63,144 nucleotides of DNA from Thermoplasmata archaeon (GCA_003942085.1 DQIQ01000004.1:1-63144), one strand, 5' to 3'. Shown: positions 1 to 10,184, counted from the first letter of the stretch. Notes: generated by a model not told the origin, from the letters alone. Numbers and translations are program-made.

Positions 1-146
1 AGGTAGGAACACCTTTTTGCATCACGGTTGATCATGATTCACTGGTCGACAATAAGGTCACGGTACGGAATCGTGATACCACCAAGCAAGAAAGAGAAAA
101 AATAGAGGATATCGTCTCATATATCAAGCGGAACATATCCTGCTAA
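1..146 (+). CDS. glyS: Glycyl-tRNA synthetase, C-terminal anticodon-binding domain (partial)
   Basis: Frame from nt 3 reads VGTPFCITVDHDSLVDNKVTVRNRDTTKQERE to TAA at 144-146, the typical GTPFCITVD...VTxRxRDT end of alpha2-type GlyRS. Not in the ORF track. Confidence 0.85.
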   Translation, partial: VGTPFCITVDHDSLVDNKVTVRNRDTTKQEREKIEDIVSYIKRNISC

Positions 147-152
147 TTTTTT

Positions 153-1469
153 TTAAAACATCTTTAGTGTTTCATCGACAATTTCCAATGCCTCATCGAT
201 TTCTTCAGCAGAGATTGTCAATGGCGGACGGAATCGTATGGTGTGCGATCCGCACGTAAGAACCAGAAGAGAGCGTGCATACAGTTTGCTTTTCAGGCTG
301 TCTCTTTCTTCTGGTGTTCGCAGATCAAAGGCGCACATGAGCCCTCGTCCACGCGCATTAGAAATCTTATGCGGATATTTCTTTTCGATTTCTTCCAGTC
401 CCTGCTGTAATCGTTTCCCTTGTGTTTCCGCATTTTTTATTAGATTTTCTTTTTCGATCACTTCCAGATATTTCTGACAGCGGACCATGTCGACGAGGTT
501 TCCGCCCCACGTCGAATTCAGGCGGCTTTCCACTGCAAAAACGTTGTCCTTGACTTCATCGACACGGTCGCTTACCATGATTCCGCAGACCTGTGTTTTT
601 TTGCCGAATGCAAGGATATCTGGTTCGAAATCGAAATGTTGATACGCCCACATCTTCCCGGTCAAGCCAACACCGCTTTGCACTTCATCGACGATGAACA
701 TAATCTCGTGTTTATCACAGAGTCGTCGGAGATCAGAGAAGAACTCCTTGCGGAAATGGTTGTCTCCTCCTTCACCCTGGATTGGCTCAATGATAAGGGC
801 AGCGATGTCACCCGGATTCTGCGCCACTGCTTTTTCTATCTCAGTGACCGCTTGTGCTTCAAGTGCCTGGACGTTTTTTAAATTTTGATTGTTTAATGGA
901 AATTCTATCTTTGGGTTCACGATGCGCGGCCAGTCAAACTTCGTGAAATATTTTGTTTTGTTCACATTAAAGGTGTTGGTCATGGAAAGGGTATAGCCTG
1001 TTCTCCCATGAAATGCATCTTTGAAATGAATGACTTTTCTGCCGATTTCTCCTTTCCCCAATTCGATGTTCTTTCGTATCTTCCAGTCAAAAGCGGTTTT
1101 CACACCGTTTTCTATCGCAAGAGCCCCACCACTGATAAAAAACAGATGATGGAAGTGCTCTGGGACTGCACATTTTGCAAACGCTTCGACAAATTCAGCC
1201 ATCTCAACAGTATAGATATCAGAGTTCGTCGGGTTGTTTATTGCAACTTCCCCCATTTTTTTGACAAAGTCCGGGTCAGTCAAAGCGGGATGGTTGCATC
1301 CTAATGGAGCAGTAGCAAAAAACGAGAAACCATCAAGGAAATATTTCCCTGTTCGAGAATCATAGATCCGGCATCCCTTGCTTTTCTTGAGATCCAAGAC
1401 GAGGTCGAACCCGTCCGCAAGCATATATCGTCCAAGTGTCTTGTGGACATCTGTTGGTTTCATCTTCAT
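153..1469 (-). CDS. lat: L-lysine 6-transaminase (class III PLP aminotransferase)
   Basis: MLADGFDLVLDL, SGGALAIENGVKTAFDWK, AFHGRTGYTLSMT, EPIQGEGGDNHF, DEVQSG, FGKK and STWGGNLVDMVR match the LAT family. Confidence 0.9.
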   Translation of the reverse strand: MKMKPTDVHKTLGRYMLADGFDLVLDLKKSKGCRIYDSRTGKYFLDGFSFFATAPLGCNHPALTDPDFVKKMGEVAINNPTNSDIYTVEMAEFVEAFAKCAVPEHFHHLFFISGGALAIENGVKTAFDWKIRKNIELGKGEIGRKVIHFKDAFHGRTGYTLSMTNTFNVNKTKYFTKFDWPRIVNPKIEFPLNNQNLKNVQALEAQAVTEIEKAVAQNPGDIAALIIEPIQGEGGDNHFRKEFFSDLRRLCDKHEIMFIVDEVQSGVGLTGKMWAYQHFDFEPDILAFGKKTQVCGIMVSDRVDEVKDNVFAVESRLNSTWGGNLVDMVRCQKYLEVIEKENLIKNAETQGKRLQQGLEEIEKKYPHKISNARGRGLMCAFDLRTPEERDSLKSKLYARSLLVLTCGSHTIRFRPPLTISAEEIDEALEIVDETLKMF

Positions 1470-1572
1470 ACGAGCAATTCTCCTGTAAAATAGGACTGTT
1501 CTTGCGTTGAGCGGTATACTTCCTTGTTATAAAATAATATCGGTGGTTTGTATCGCCAGGAAAACGCTATGA

Positions 1573-2901
1573 TCACTTTTTTAATCGCTCTGTTTTCTCA
1601 TCGAATTTTATGCCCATTTCTTCCAGTTCATCTAGAATAGGGTTGTAGATTTCTGGGATAACCGGGATATGAACGCCGGTCATGGTAATTTCTTTGTTCA
1701 GAACCATCTTGACTGCGATAGCAGCGGGAAGTGCAACAGTACGCGCAACAGAGGTATCTCCATCGGGGATGCCGTAGTCAACCAAGGTTGAGGTCACATA
1801 CTCCTTTTTGGAAGGATACTCTGCGATGAACTCATGATGCATGACGACCATGTCTCGCTCGTGCTGGCCCATGGACATCTTTTGTAAGGTCAGTACATTG
1901 AGGTAATCTAAGGGGTTGTTTTTGTCTTTCGGGAGGGGTTCGTTTCCAAACAATCCGAGCCACTCAAGTCGTTTGATGACTGCAGCATATGGTTTAAGGC
2001 CGAGATATAATGCGGTTGTTAAGGGGAGATTGTCCTTTGGTTTCGCACCAATTAAATGTCGGGTGAGATCCCCGTATGTTTTCCCGGAGAATCCCTTCGG
2101 AAGTTCCTCAGAAAGCCATCCTAGTGCAACGATATTTCGAAGAGTTTCGCACCAGCCGGTCATCCGGAACGTCCCGCGATACACGGTGGTTGCATCTTTT
2201 AACCCATAGATGTCTTTGTACGGCACTGAATTTCGGTTTGGATAGTTCTCAAAAGCTCCAACGCCTTTTACATTTTGGATGATATAGTTTTCAAAGAGCT
2301 GTTCACCGGGAATGGAGATTTCTTTGCCTGTCTCCAGCCATTTGGCAGCGTTACGGGACGCAAGCAGCACTCCTCGTGGTGACCATGAGAACTTATACCC
2401 GAACGGATTGTTGTTAGCCTCATGGGACGGAAGAGCACCGGTGGTCGATCGGAAACTGACGACCTTTCCACCGCTGTTTTCGATAGCATGGATGATCCGC
2501 ATCGCTGACATATGGTCGATACCCGGGTCAAGACCGCATTCATTAAGGATGAGAATCCCTGCGGTTTTTGCTTTCTGGTAAAGTGCTTTCATCGCGTCGC
2601 TGACGTAGGAGGTGGTGATCATCTGTTTCTTATGTTTTATACACATCTCTGCGACCTTTACATGGTAGGTATAAGGCAGGAGACTGACCACGACATCAGC
2701 TTGGGAAACGAAATCCTCAACTTTTTTATCGTCATTGACATCTAACGCATGTGCTTCTCCCCGAGGATGACCATGGATCATTTCTTCTGCTTTGGAAACG
2801 GTCCTGCTTGCCATGATCACATGAAAATCAGGTTGATCTAAAAGATATTGAATCATCGGTCGAGAGACCATGCCTGCGCCAAGGACAAGTATTTTTTTCA
2901 T
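1573..2901 (-). CDS. Saccharopine dehydrogenase (glutamate-forming; Lys9/AASS-SDH type)
   Basis: GAGMVS Rossmann motif, NECGLDPGIDHM, NNPFGYKFSWSPRGVL, YPNRNS, YRGTFR, ARTVALP. Confidence 0.9.
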   Translation of the reverse strand: MKKILVLGAGMVSRPMIQYLLDQPDFHVIMASRTVSKAEEMIHGHPRGEAHALDVNDDKKVEDFVSQADVVVSLLPYTYHVKVAEMCIKHKKQMITTSYVSDAMKALYQKAKTAGILILNECGLDPGIDHMSAMRIIHAIENSGGKVVSFRSTTGALPSHEANNNPFGYKFSWSPRGVLLASRNAAKWLETGKEISIPGEQLFENYIIQNVKGVGAFENYPNRNSVPYKDIYGLKDATTVYRGTFRMTGWCETLRNIVALGWLSEELPKGFSGKTYGDLTRHLIGAKPKDNLPLTTALYLGLKPYAAVIKRLEWLGLFGNEPLPKDKNNPLDYLNVLTLQKMSMGQHERDMVVMHHEFIAEYPSKKEYVTSTLVDYGIPDGDTSVARTVALPAAIAVKMVLNKEITMTGVHIPVIPEIYNPILDELEEMGIKFDEKTERLKK

Positions 2902-2950
2902 AACATTGCCTCCAAATATGTAAAATTGTTAAGTGGCGAAACAAATGACC

Positions 2951-4258
2951 TTATAAATATTTGTTGATGTAACGATAGGAAGGAGTAAGCCTCCCCTGAT
3001 ACAGTACCACCGCGTTCTTTATCTCAACGGGCAAGGCTACCGCCTCAAAATCAGCGGCCGTGAAATCAGCGTTCATAATCTCAGGGACGAACCGTAAAAG
3101 GGTTTCGCTGAACGACTGGGACGACTCCCGGGGCAGTTCACAGGGGAGGTTATCAACAACCATGACCACCACACCGTCGCCTTCGTACCCATCCTTTATC
3201 GAATCTGTGCGAGGATCGTAAACAAAAACAGGATTATCGGGGGTGGTCGTCTTTTCTGTAAACTCGATGGCACCGTTGACATCCGAGCTGATATCCCCGA
3301 TCACCTTCAGACGTGGTTTTTCTTTTGATTCAAAGGTTTTTTTCATATAGCTCTTGGTAAGGAGTCGCGGATACTGTGCACTCCAGAAGATGCAGTTCAT
3401 GAGAATGGAAAGAGAAGGAATATATCTCTCGAATGCTGAACGATACGCTTCAGGGTGGCTGTAGTAGTCCTGCAGATCAAATTTTTTATTAGGCAAAACA
3501 GGTTCTACCATGTGTTCTTCTTTGAACACCACCTTGTAGATTACGGTGTTTGAAGGGTTTTTAAAAACTGAGTCGAGTTCCTCTGGTTTTATTTCTTTTG
3601 TCGGGAGAACATCAAGGATTTCTTGGGCGCCACCTGAGACATTGCCATAACCGGAAAAACCGATGATCAGCGGTGTTAAAGAAGCAGGCAACCCTTTGGT
3701 TTTTATCTCCCTGCCAACAACGGTGAGGTGTTTCTTGATATCATCTAAATCCTTGTAATGGATCGTCTGTTTGATCTTAGTAAACGATGAGTCTATCTGC
3801 TCCCAGGATACTCGCTGTCCGAACGTCCACAGGGTATCGACCATACCAGCTAGACCAGCAAACCTGCCGAAGAACACCAGCCGCATTCCCTTTGCATCGA
3901 CGATGCGTTCGTAATCGATCAGGGTGCATCCCTGTTCCATCATCTTTTTCAGCATCGGCATATTATGCTGCTGACCCTTGATGGTATGGGAAAAAAACAC
4001 GTAGGTTTTTCCATGCTCAAAAAAATCAATAGGGATTTCTTTTACTGCAAAAACAACTGAACTGGGCTGTAAGCTATCCTGAACATGGGCACCTGCCGCT
4101 CGATAATCGTCCTCTGAGAACACACGGATATCCGAGGGTTGGATGAATGTTTCAATCCCGTATTTTTTTTTCAGTTCAGAAACATGCTGAGGGGTGAGAG
4201 GGACTCGTTGTTCCCAGCGGTTCTTATCTTCCCGTCGTATTCCTAGTGCGGCACTCAT
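2951..4258 (-). CDS. Lysine-ketoglutarate reductase (AlaDh/PNT fold, AASS N-terminal-like)
   Basis: IRREDKNRWEQRVPLTP, FFSHTIKGQ, LIDYE, FGRFAGLAG, GYGNVSGGA, DISSD, VDNLPCELP. Start placed at ATG 4258. Confidence 0.85.
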   Translation of the reverse strand: MSAALGIRREDKNRWEQRVPLTPQHVSELKKKYGIETFIQPSDIRVFSEDDYRAAGAHVQDSLQPSSVVFAVKEIPIDFFEHGKTYVFFSHTIKGQQHNMPMLKKMMEQGCTLIDYERIVDAKGMRLVFFGRFAGLAGMVDTLWTFGQRVSWEQIDSSFTKIKQTIHYKDLDDIKKHLTVVGREIKTKGLPASLTPLIIGFSGYGNVSGGAQEILDVLPTKEIKPEELDSVFKNPSNTVIYKVVFKEEHMVEPVLPNKKFDLQDYYSHPEAYRSAFERYIPSLSILMNCIFWSAQYPRLLTKSYMKKTFESKEKPRLKVIGDISSDVNGAIEFTEKTTTPDNPVFVYDPRTDSIKDGYEGDGVVVMVVDNLPCELPRESSQSFSETLLRFVPEIMNADFTAADFEAVALPVEIKNAVVLYQGRLTPSYRYINKYL

Positions 4259-4367
4259 GCAGTAACACCCACGACTCCCCATCCGTTTTCATTTAAAAGG
4301 CTTTCCGGGCGTCTTTTTCGCAACAACAGAAGATAAAAGCATCATAATTCTTTTGGAGAAAAAAAAT

Positions 4368-4431
4368 AGATGAGGAGAGAGGGAAGAAGGGAGGAGAAGG
4401 AGGAAGGAAGGGAGGCTCCCCTCTCTCATCT
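4368..4431 (-). terminator. Stem-loop with long pyrimidine tract (minus strand) after the first beta-propeller gene
   Basis: Imperfect inverted repeat AGATGAG..AGAGAGGG / CCCTCTCTCATCT enclosing a purine-only run, followed on the minus strand by a T-run. Confidence 0.5.
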
Positions 4432-4446
4432 GTACTTAAGTATGAA

Positions 4447-6468
4447 CTACGACAGTTTGACGCTGGATATGTCGCTGAGATCTGCTAGATTGTTCATCTT
4501 TACCATCGAGTCAGACACAGTATAGAGGACGTCGCCGATATACAGCGTCCTGGTAATGTCGGTGTTTGACGTGCCCCAGTACCAGTAATAGTCAGAGGGG
4601 TGCTGCATCTGCTCCGGGGTCTGATGGGTGATGCGTCCTTTGAACTCAAAGCCACCATCAAGGCTGAGCCGGTAGACATAGGCGCCCTGGAAGGTGAACT
4701 CACCAAAGAGGGTATCAGTCCCATTGCTTGCGATGTATCGGTCTTTGACTTCCTGGGTGATCTCATAGAGGCTGACAGGAATGACGAGGAGTTGTTTGTC
4801 TTTGTCGAAAAGGAACGCCTTGTGGTCATAGAGAGCAGGGCTATCGGTTCCACGGTCGCCGATGACAACCTTTGCAACTTCTTTCGGGTTCTCAAAGTCG
4901 CTCACATCGAACAGTGCGATTTTTAATCCGAGGATAGCGGTATAATAGATTGCTCCTGGCGTGTGAACCTTATCCGCATCAATGGTTGGATCGACTTCTT
5001 TTCCGATGCCGATGATATGAGTCTCATCGTAGGGATGGAGATACTCGGAGTAACCGGGGATCTTCAGCTCGCCAAGGATGCGTGGGTTGTAGGGATCAGA
5101 CAGATCGACCGTGAAGAGCGGGTCGACCTGAACAAAGGTGACAAGATACGCGCGATCCCCCAGGAATCGTGCTGCGTAGATGGACTCGCCAGGTGCGATG
5201 TTCTCGATCTGGGAGACTTGTTTGAGGTTTTCGTCAAGGATGTAGATATTGTTACTGGTTTGTGTTCCTTCTCCCCAGTTGTTCCCAACGGTGGTTGCGA
5301 TTCTGAAAAACCCGTTGTGTTCATCCAAGGAGAACTGGTTTAGGATATGGCCCGGGACTTCACCCTGCGCAATATAGGTGACAGCACCGGTGGTTATTGA
5401 GATCTTATGCAGAATCGTGGTTTCCTGTTCGCTGGTTGATGATCTGTCTACTGGTGTTCGGTATAACAAGGGATAGTACGGATAATGGGCTGAGGCAAGG
5501 AAAATATTGTTTTTTGACACATACATCGTCTGGGAGCTGCCTAGCATGAAGCTTTTTTCAACAATATCGTTGGTATCAAGGTTCAGCGACACTACATGGG
5601 TCATGCTGTCAGAGAGCTCCGGGACATCAACGTAGTAGATGTCACCTGCGGAGATGTTCGTTGTTACGTTATCGATGCTGATCTGAGGGACATTGAGAGT
5701 GTAATTTTTCTCATCCAATGCTTGGTAAATATTATAGGTGTACTCGGTTGCGACCACATAGACAAATTCATCGATCAGCCGGGCGTCAAAGTATCCACCG
5801 TCGATCCTGATTTCCTTTATCAAAGCTGGACTACCCCGGTTGCTGAGATCATAGACGTTTATGACGGTCTGCGAGACACCACCCCACCAGATATCCAGTG
5901 AATTAACCGCTATTTTAGCATCTCCGCTCATGAGCGGATAGGGGTAGGAGCCACCAGAGTCACCAAAGATAACAAGGCGGTCCCCATGGATGAAGATGTT
6001 ACTGATGGTGACGTTCGTAATACTGATCTGAGACAGAATTGTTGCTTCTGCTGTCGGATATGCTTTGATGATGTAGACGGTCTGGTTTGCTACCACGTAG
6101 AGGTAGGTTCCATCGGTTTTCACGATATCAGGCTCGTCGACACCTGCGACCTGAACATTGGTCGTTGAATAAGAAGGAGGCACCTCACCACCTTGAGTTG
6201 CTCCATCTGCAGTTGGGGCTTGTCCAGATTTTTCAAACAAAACATTTGGACCTCCACCATTGTAACGTCCCTGGTTTCCGCTGGCTTCGAACCGTGCGTG
6301 GAGGAACGTAAGGAGATCATCATAGTTGGTGAACGTGTTGAGTTTGTAGGTATAGGCTCCTTTATCAAGTGGCGAGAGAGTGATGACTGCTACAAGACTT
6401 GCGCACGTCAGCATGCTTACAATCAAGATTCCTGTTATTTGCGTGGTTTTCTTTTCCATAGTAATCAC
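4447..6468 (-). CDS. Membrane-anchored/secreted beta-propeller domain protein (Beta_propel family)
   Basis: N-terminal hydrophobic helix; YSTTNVQVAGVDEPDIVKTDG, LNQFSLDE, GESIYAARF, VTFVQVDPLF, GELKIPGYSEYLHP, DHKAFLF. Confidence 0.85.
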   Translation of the reverse strand: MITMEKKTTQITGILIVSMLTCASLVAVITLSPLDKGAYTYKLNTFTNYDDLLTFLHARFEASGNQGRYNGGGPNVLFEKSGQAPTADGATQGGEVPPSYSTTNVQVAGVDEPDIVKTDGTYLYVVANQTVYIIKAYPTAEATILSQISITNVTISNIFIHGDRLVIFGDSGGSYPYPLMSGDAKIAVNSLDIWWGGVSQTVINVYDLSNRGSPALIKEIRIDGGYFDARLIDEFVYVVATEYTYNIYQALDEKNYTLNVPQISIDNVTTNISAGDIYYVDVPELSDSMTHVVSLNLDTNDIVEKSFMLGSSQTMYVSKNNIFLASAHYPYYPLLYRTPVDRSSTSEQETTILHKISITTGAVTYIAQGEVPGHILNQFSLDEHNGFFRIATTVGNNWGEGTQTSNNIYILDENLKQVSQIENIAPGESIYAARFLGDRAYLVTFVQVDPLFTVDLSDPYNPRILGELKIPGYSEYLHPYDETHIIGIGKEVDPTIDADKVHTPGAIYYTAILGLKIALFDVSDFENPKEVAKVVIGDRGTDSPALYDHKAFLFDKDKQLLVIPVSLYEITQEVKDRYIASNGTDTLFGEFTFQGAYVYRLSLDGGFEFKGRITHQTPEQMQHPSDYYWYWGTSNTDITRTLYIGDVLYTVSDSMVKMNNLADLSDISSVKLS

Positions 6469-6508
6469 ATCATTTTTCTAAGAGTAATCCCTGTTATGTC
6501 GGTGAGAG

Positions 6509-6545
6509 CTTATATAGTGTCTGAAAACGTTTGGGAAAAACCGAA
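6509..6545 (-). promoter_or_regulatory. 37-bp promoter/operator element, copy 1
   Basis: CTTATATAGTGTCTGAAAACGTTTGGGAAAAACCGAA, identical to 8838-8874. Contains TATATAAG on the minus strand about 41 bp upstream of the start. Confidence 0.8.
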
Positions 6546-6647
6546 CAACAGGGGGTTTTTCGTTCCAGCTATCCTTTGTAAACCCTTATAGTAACTTCTT
6601 CATTCTGGGGGGGAAAAAGGAGGCGAGGAAAAAAAGAAAAAGAGATG

Positions 6648-6676
6648 AAAAGAGGACGGATGTGTCCCTCTTTTTT
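6648..6676 (-). terminator. Hairpin and T-rich tract after the second beta-propeller gene
   Basis: AAAAGAGGAC..GTCCCTCTTTT imperfect inverted repeat, followed on the minus strand by pyrimidine runs. Confidence 0.5.
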
Positions 6677-6698
6677 ATGTTTATTATTTGTGTCTGTT

Positions 6699-8792
6699 TT
6701 ATGGAACAAGCGGTATGCTGTTAAGCTGAGCAAGGCTGTCGAGGTCGTTCATTTTTACCATGTTGTTCGAAATGGTGTACAGGGTGTTTTCGATGAACAG
6801 TGATCGTTGGATCGAGTTTCCTGAGGTTCCCCAGTAGTAGGTTGTGTCTTGTTCGGCTGCCTGATAGTCATGGGTGACAATCCCTTTGAGTGCGAGACCG
6901 TTCTGAAGCGAAATACCAAAGACATATGCTGATTGTTGAGAGTAGTTTCCAGCGGGGATGACCAAGATGCCTTTTTCTTTGTCAAAGAGGAACGCTTTAT
7001 GTTCATACAGTGCTGTTGATTCGGTCCACCAATAACTGTCCTTATCTGAGTTTTCAATGATGTATTGTGAGACTTCTACAGGGTTGCTCATGCTGGTGAT
7101 GTCGTAGAGTGCGATTTTCACAGCAGTGTTATTTCTTCCGATGCCGATGACATGGGTTTCATCGTAAGGATGTAGGTAGGTCGAATACCCGGGAATCTGT
7201 AGCTCGCCAAGGATTGTCAGGGTTGTCGGGTTGCTCAGGTCAATGACCATGAATGGGTCTGTCTGTTTGAAGGTAACAATGTAGCAGGTGGGACCGACGA
7301 ATCTGGTTGCATAGATACTTTCTCCACTATCAGGGGTGATATCTTCAAGGCTCCCGATGGTTTGTAAATCCATATCGAGCACGTAGAGGTTTGTTTCAGG
7401 GTTAATACTGCCGAAGATATAGCTGACTGAGCTGCCTTGTATGGTGGTCGCAACCCGGAGGTACCCGTTGTACTCATCAAGGGAGAACTGGTTGTTGATG
7501 TACCCAGGGACGCTTCCTTGTACCATATAGGTGATTTCTCCGTCATGGATGCTGATGCGGTGGATGATCGTCTGTTCTGTCTGTCTGATGAGATCACGAG
7601 TGAGCTGTTTCTTTTGGGCTTCAGGCATGGTGTTCTGTGCGTAGTTCTGCAATATCCAGAACGTGATTTCTTGTTTCTGGTAGTCTTGCAGATCCAAGGT
7701 TTTAACGCTCTCCAGTTGTGTTTTGACGCTCTCAGGTAGAATTGGTAGAATGATGTCATCAACTAGTTTTTGCAGCTGAGTATAATCGTAATACGACCAG
7801 GATGAGTAGGTGATGTAGATGTTCTCCTGGGATACATAGACGTTCTGGCTGGTTCCAAGTAAAAAGATCTTTGCGTGGATCTGCTCGTCGTCATTGTGGA
7901 TATTCACTGAGATAACATTGGTAAGGGTGCTGCTTTTCTCAGGACTGTCGATATAGTAAATGTCAGCTAAGGGGATGTCCACAACTTGTGCATTCAGCGT
8001 GAGGCGTGGCACTATTGAGGTGTTAGCATCAAGTGTCTGGGTATTGTAGGTGTATTGGGTGGTGATTACGTAGATATAAGCACCGATGAGTCGCGCGTCT
8101 GAGAGATACCCGCCGACGATGATTTCTTTTACTTGTTCTGGAGGACTGATGGTGGTAAGGTCGTAAATCTTGATGTAGGTGTCCGGTGAGCTGTACCAAG
8201 GCATGATCGAGGAAATGCTTTCTTTTTTCAGGGCATCCATCCCGGAGTCGTAGAGAATAGGATAATTCACCGATGATTGAGCGAAAATCACCAGTCGTGT
8301 CCCGTTGACAAAGATGTTTTGAATGGTAAGATTTTCAGCGACTGTTATGGTTGCTTGGATACTTGCGTTTGCCGCAGGGGTTGCTCTGATGATAAGAACC
8401 TTGTTTCCCGAGACGATATAAAGGTAGGTTCCATCGGTTTTGACGATATCTGGTTCGTCGACTCCTGAGACCTGTATGTTTGTTTTTGAATAATCAACGG
8501 TTTGACCACCTTGGGTGGCCTTCTCATCGGTTGCCAGTCCGCTTGTAACAACATTTGAGCCGACGCGGCTTGGGGCAGGCAGATTTCCTTGAGTATTGCT
8601 GTTCATCACTTTTTCATTGCTTGCTTGTAAAAAAGAGGTAAGTGTATGATACGAGTCAAAGTTTTTTACCTCATAGGTCGTTGTTGTGATTGGACCTGAT
8701 TGTTGGAACATGGCCACATAGGAGACGCTTGCAACAACCAGGATTGACACCAGCACGATTCCTAGCATTTGATATTGTTCTTTTTTGTTCAT
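6699..8792 (-). CDS. Beta-propeller domain protein, tandem paralogue
   Basis: Same motifs (YSKTNIQVSGVDEPDIVKTDG, NQFSLDE, GELQIPGYSTYLHP, EHKAFLF) plus an extra helical insertion. Confidence 0.85.
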   Translation of the reverse strand: MNKKEQYQMLGIVLVSILVVASVSYVAMFQQSGPITTTTYEVKNFDSYHTLTSFLQASNEKVMNSNTQGNLPAPSRVGSNVVTSGLATDEKATQGGQTVDYSKTNIQVSGVDEPDIVKTDGTYLYIVSGNKVLIIRATPAANASIQATITVAENLTIQNIFVNGTRLVIFAQSSVNYPILYDSGMDALKKESISSIMPWYSSPDTYIKIYDLTTISPPEQVKEIIVGGYLSDARLIGAYIYVITTQYTYNTQTLDANTSIVPRLTLNAQVVDIPLADIYYIDSPEKSSTLTNVISVNIHNDDEQIHAKIFLLGTSQNVYVSQENIYITYSSWSYYDYTQLQKLVDDIILPILPESVKTQLESVKTLDLQDYQKQEITFWILQNYAQNTMPEAQKKQLTRDLIRQTEQTIIHRISIHDGEITYMVQGSVPGYINNQFSLDEYNGYLRVATTIQGSSVSYIFGSINPETNLYVLDMDLQTIGSLEDITPDSGESIYATRFVGPTCYIVTFKQTDPFMVIDLSNPTTLTILGELQIPGYSTYLHPYDETHVIGIGRNNTAVKIALYDITSMSNPVEVSQYIIENSDKDSYWWTESTALYEHKAFLFDKEKGILVIPAGNYSQQSAYVFGISLQNGLALKGIVTHDYQAAEQDTTYYWGTSGNSIQRSLFIENTLYTISNNMVKMNDLDSLAQLNSIPLVP

Positions 8793-8837
8793 GGTTTCAC
8801 ATCTTATCGTAGATTACTGTTGTAATATCTGTCAGAA

Positions 8838-8874
8838 CTTATATAGTGTCTGAAAACGTTTGGGAAAAACCGAA
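8838..8874 (-). promoter_or_regulatory. 37-bp promoter/operator element, copy 2
   Basis: Identical to 6509-6545; 46 bp upstream of the ATG at 8792. Confidence 0.8.
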
Positions 8875-8942
8875 TAAACATAATTTTTTACAGATAAACA
8901 TAAGTTCAAATCTTCTTCGCTGTAAAATCACTGACTAATTCC

Positions 8943-8968
8943 GGGGGTTTAAATCCCTTCCACCTGTA
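8943..8968 (+). repeat. tRNA 3'-end (T-arm)-like repeat, copy 1
   Basis: GGGGGTTTAAATCCCTTCCACCTGTA resembles a T-stem/loop plus acceptor strand; similar to 10185-10209. Confidence 0.45.
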
Positions 8969-9025
8969 CTTTTTATAATTGATTTCATATTTAAAAAGAG
9001 TAAGCACTTAGTCTTTTAAACAGGG

Positions 9026-10080
9026 TTATATATCAACTGGATTCATCAATGGAAATCTATCTTGGTTCCATTCTTTTTGACTACTAAGTGCAACTGATAT
9101 ATTATATGGTGTATCTCCAATACCATCTCCATCAACATCTATTCCATTGTAATTGCCCCAGTAATTTCCATTTGAATTGAAATCCCATGAATTATCCAAT
9201 AACACAGATAAGGCAGGGTCGTTAGGGTCAGAGGCATATTCTTGGGCATCTACATTAGTATTGTTGAAAAAATTGTTATTATAGATAGTGTTATAATTGC
9301 TGTTAAGAATAATGAATCCATGACCATTTAGATAAATATTATTGTCATATATTTCGTTATTTTCGCAGTAATCATAAAGATGAAGACCCGTATCACTATT
9401 TGAATGAATTATATTCCCAGATATTGTAAGATTATGAGATGAAATGAATTGTACGCCCCTGTTTGAAGTATACACTGTATTTTCCGAAAAAATTGTTTGG
9501 TTACATGATTGTGCGTATACTCCAAAATTACTATGAGAATTATTTGAATATATTATGTTTTTTGATATAGCGCACCCATCTGAACTCCACATTGCAATAC
9601 CCACTATGTTGTTTCCCATAATATTCCCAGAAATCATATTATTTGGGGCATTTTCCATATAAATCCCCCAACTGTTATCTGATAAGTTATTATCTGAAAT
9701 TATATTGTCTGAAGAATTTATCCGTATCGCTCTTGTCCCGATTCCACTTTTAATTGTAAAGCCACTAATACTTATTTGGTCTTTGTTAATAGTGATTCCA
9801 TCATTGTTTTCTTTTCCAAGAATAATTGTTTTATCTTTATCTTCTCCAATGAGGCTAATAGTCGTATCAATTACTAAGTTTTCATTGTAAGTTCCACTGT
9901 AAACATGAATGGTGTAACCATCATTTGCAGCAGTGATAGCGGCTTGGATGTTTGTATAGTCCTTGTCCCCTTTGCTATCCACATAAATAGTTTTTGATTC
10001 AACAGGTTGTTCAACACATCCACTAAATGCAATAGTTAAATTAAAACAGCAATTAATAAGCACAATAACTTCCCTTTCAT
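9026..10080 (-). pseudogene. NosD/CASH right-handed beta-helix lipoprotein with a frameshift in its signal peptide
   Basis: IQAAI..GTYNENLVI, Asn-rich beta-helix repeats, GNYW..DGDGIGDTPY..D.FPLM. ATG 10080 gives MKGKLLCLLIAVLI-stop; one added base restores LTIAFSGC (lipobox). Confidence 0.75.
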
Positions 10081-10101
10081 CCTTGTTTCCTCAAATCCAA
10101 A

Positions 10102-10124
10102 ATAGATTAATTATTCATAAATCT
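10102..10124 (-). promoter_or_regulatory. Shared upstream element, copy 1
   Basis: ATAGATTAATTATTCATAAATCT, 21/23 identical to 10728-10750 and at a near-identical distance from the start codon. Confidence 0.6.
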
Positions 10125-10184
10125 ACTGTTTTATCACAACAGCAGTAAATCAACCTCCGTCAATGAATATCATGTCGGTAAACT

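Noticed and set aside
4372..4415. G-quadruplex or simple repeat in the purine tract
   Set aside because: Only three GGG runs; better explained as a pyrimidine-rich terminator on the minus strand.
8895..8970. Complete tRNA gene
   Set aside because: Only T-arm/acceptor-like fragments; no matching 5' acceptor strand, D-arm or anticodon arm could be folded.
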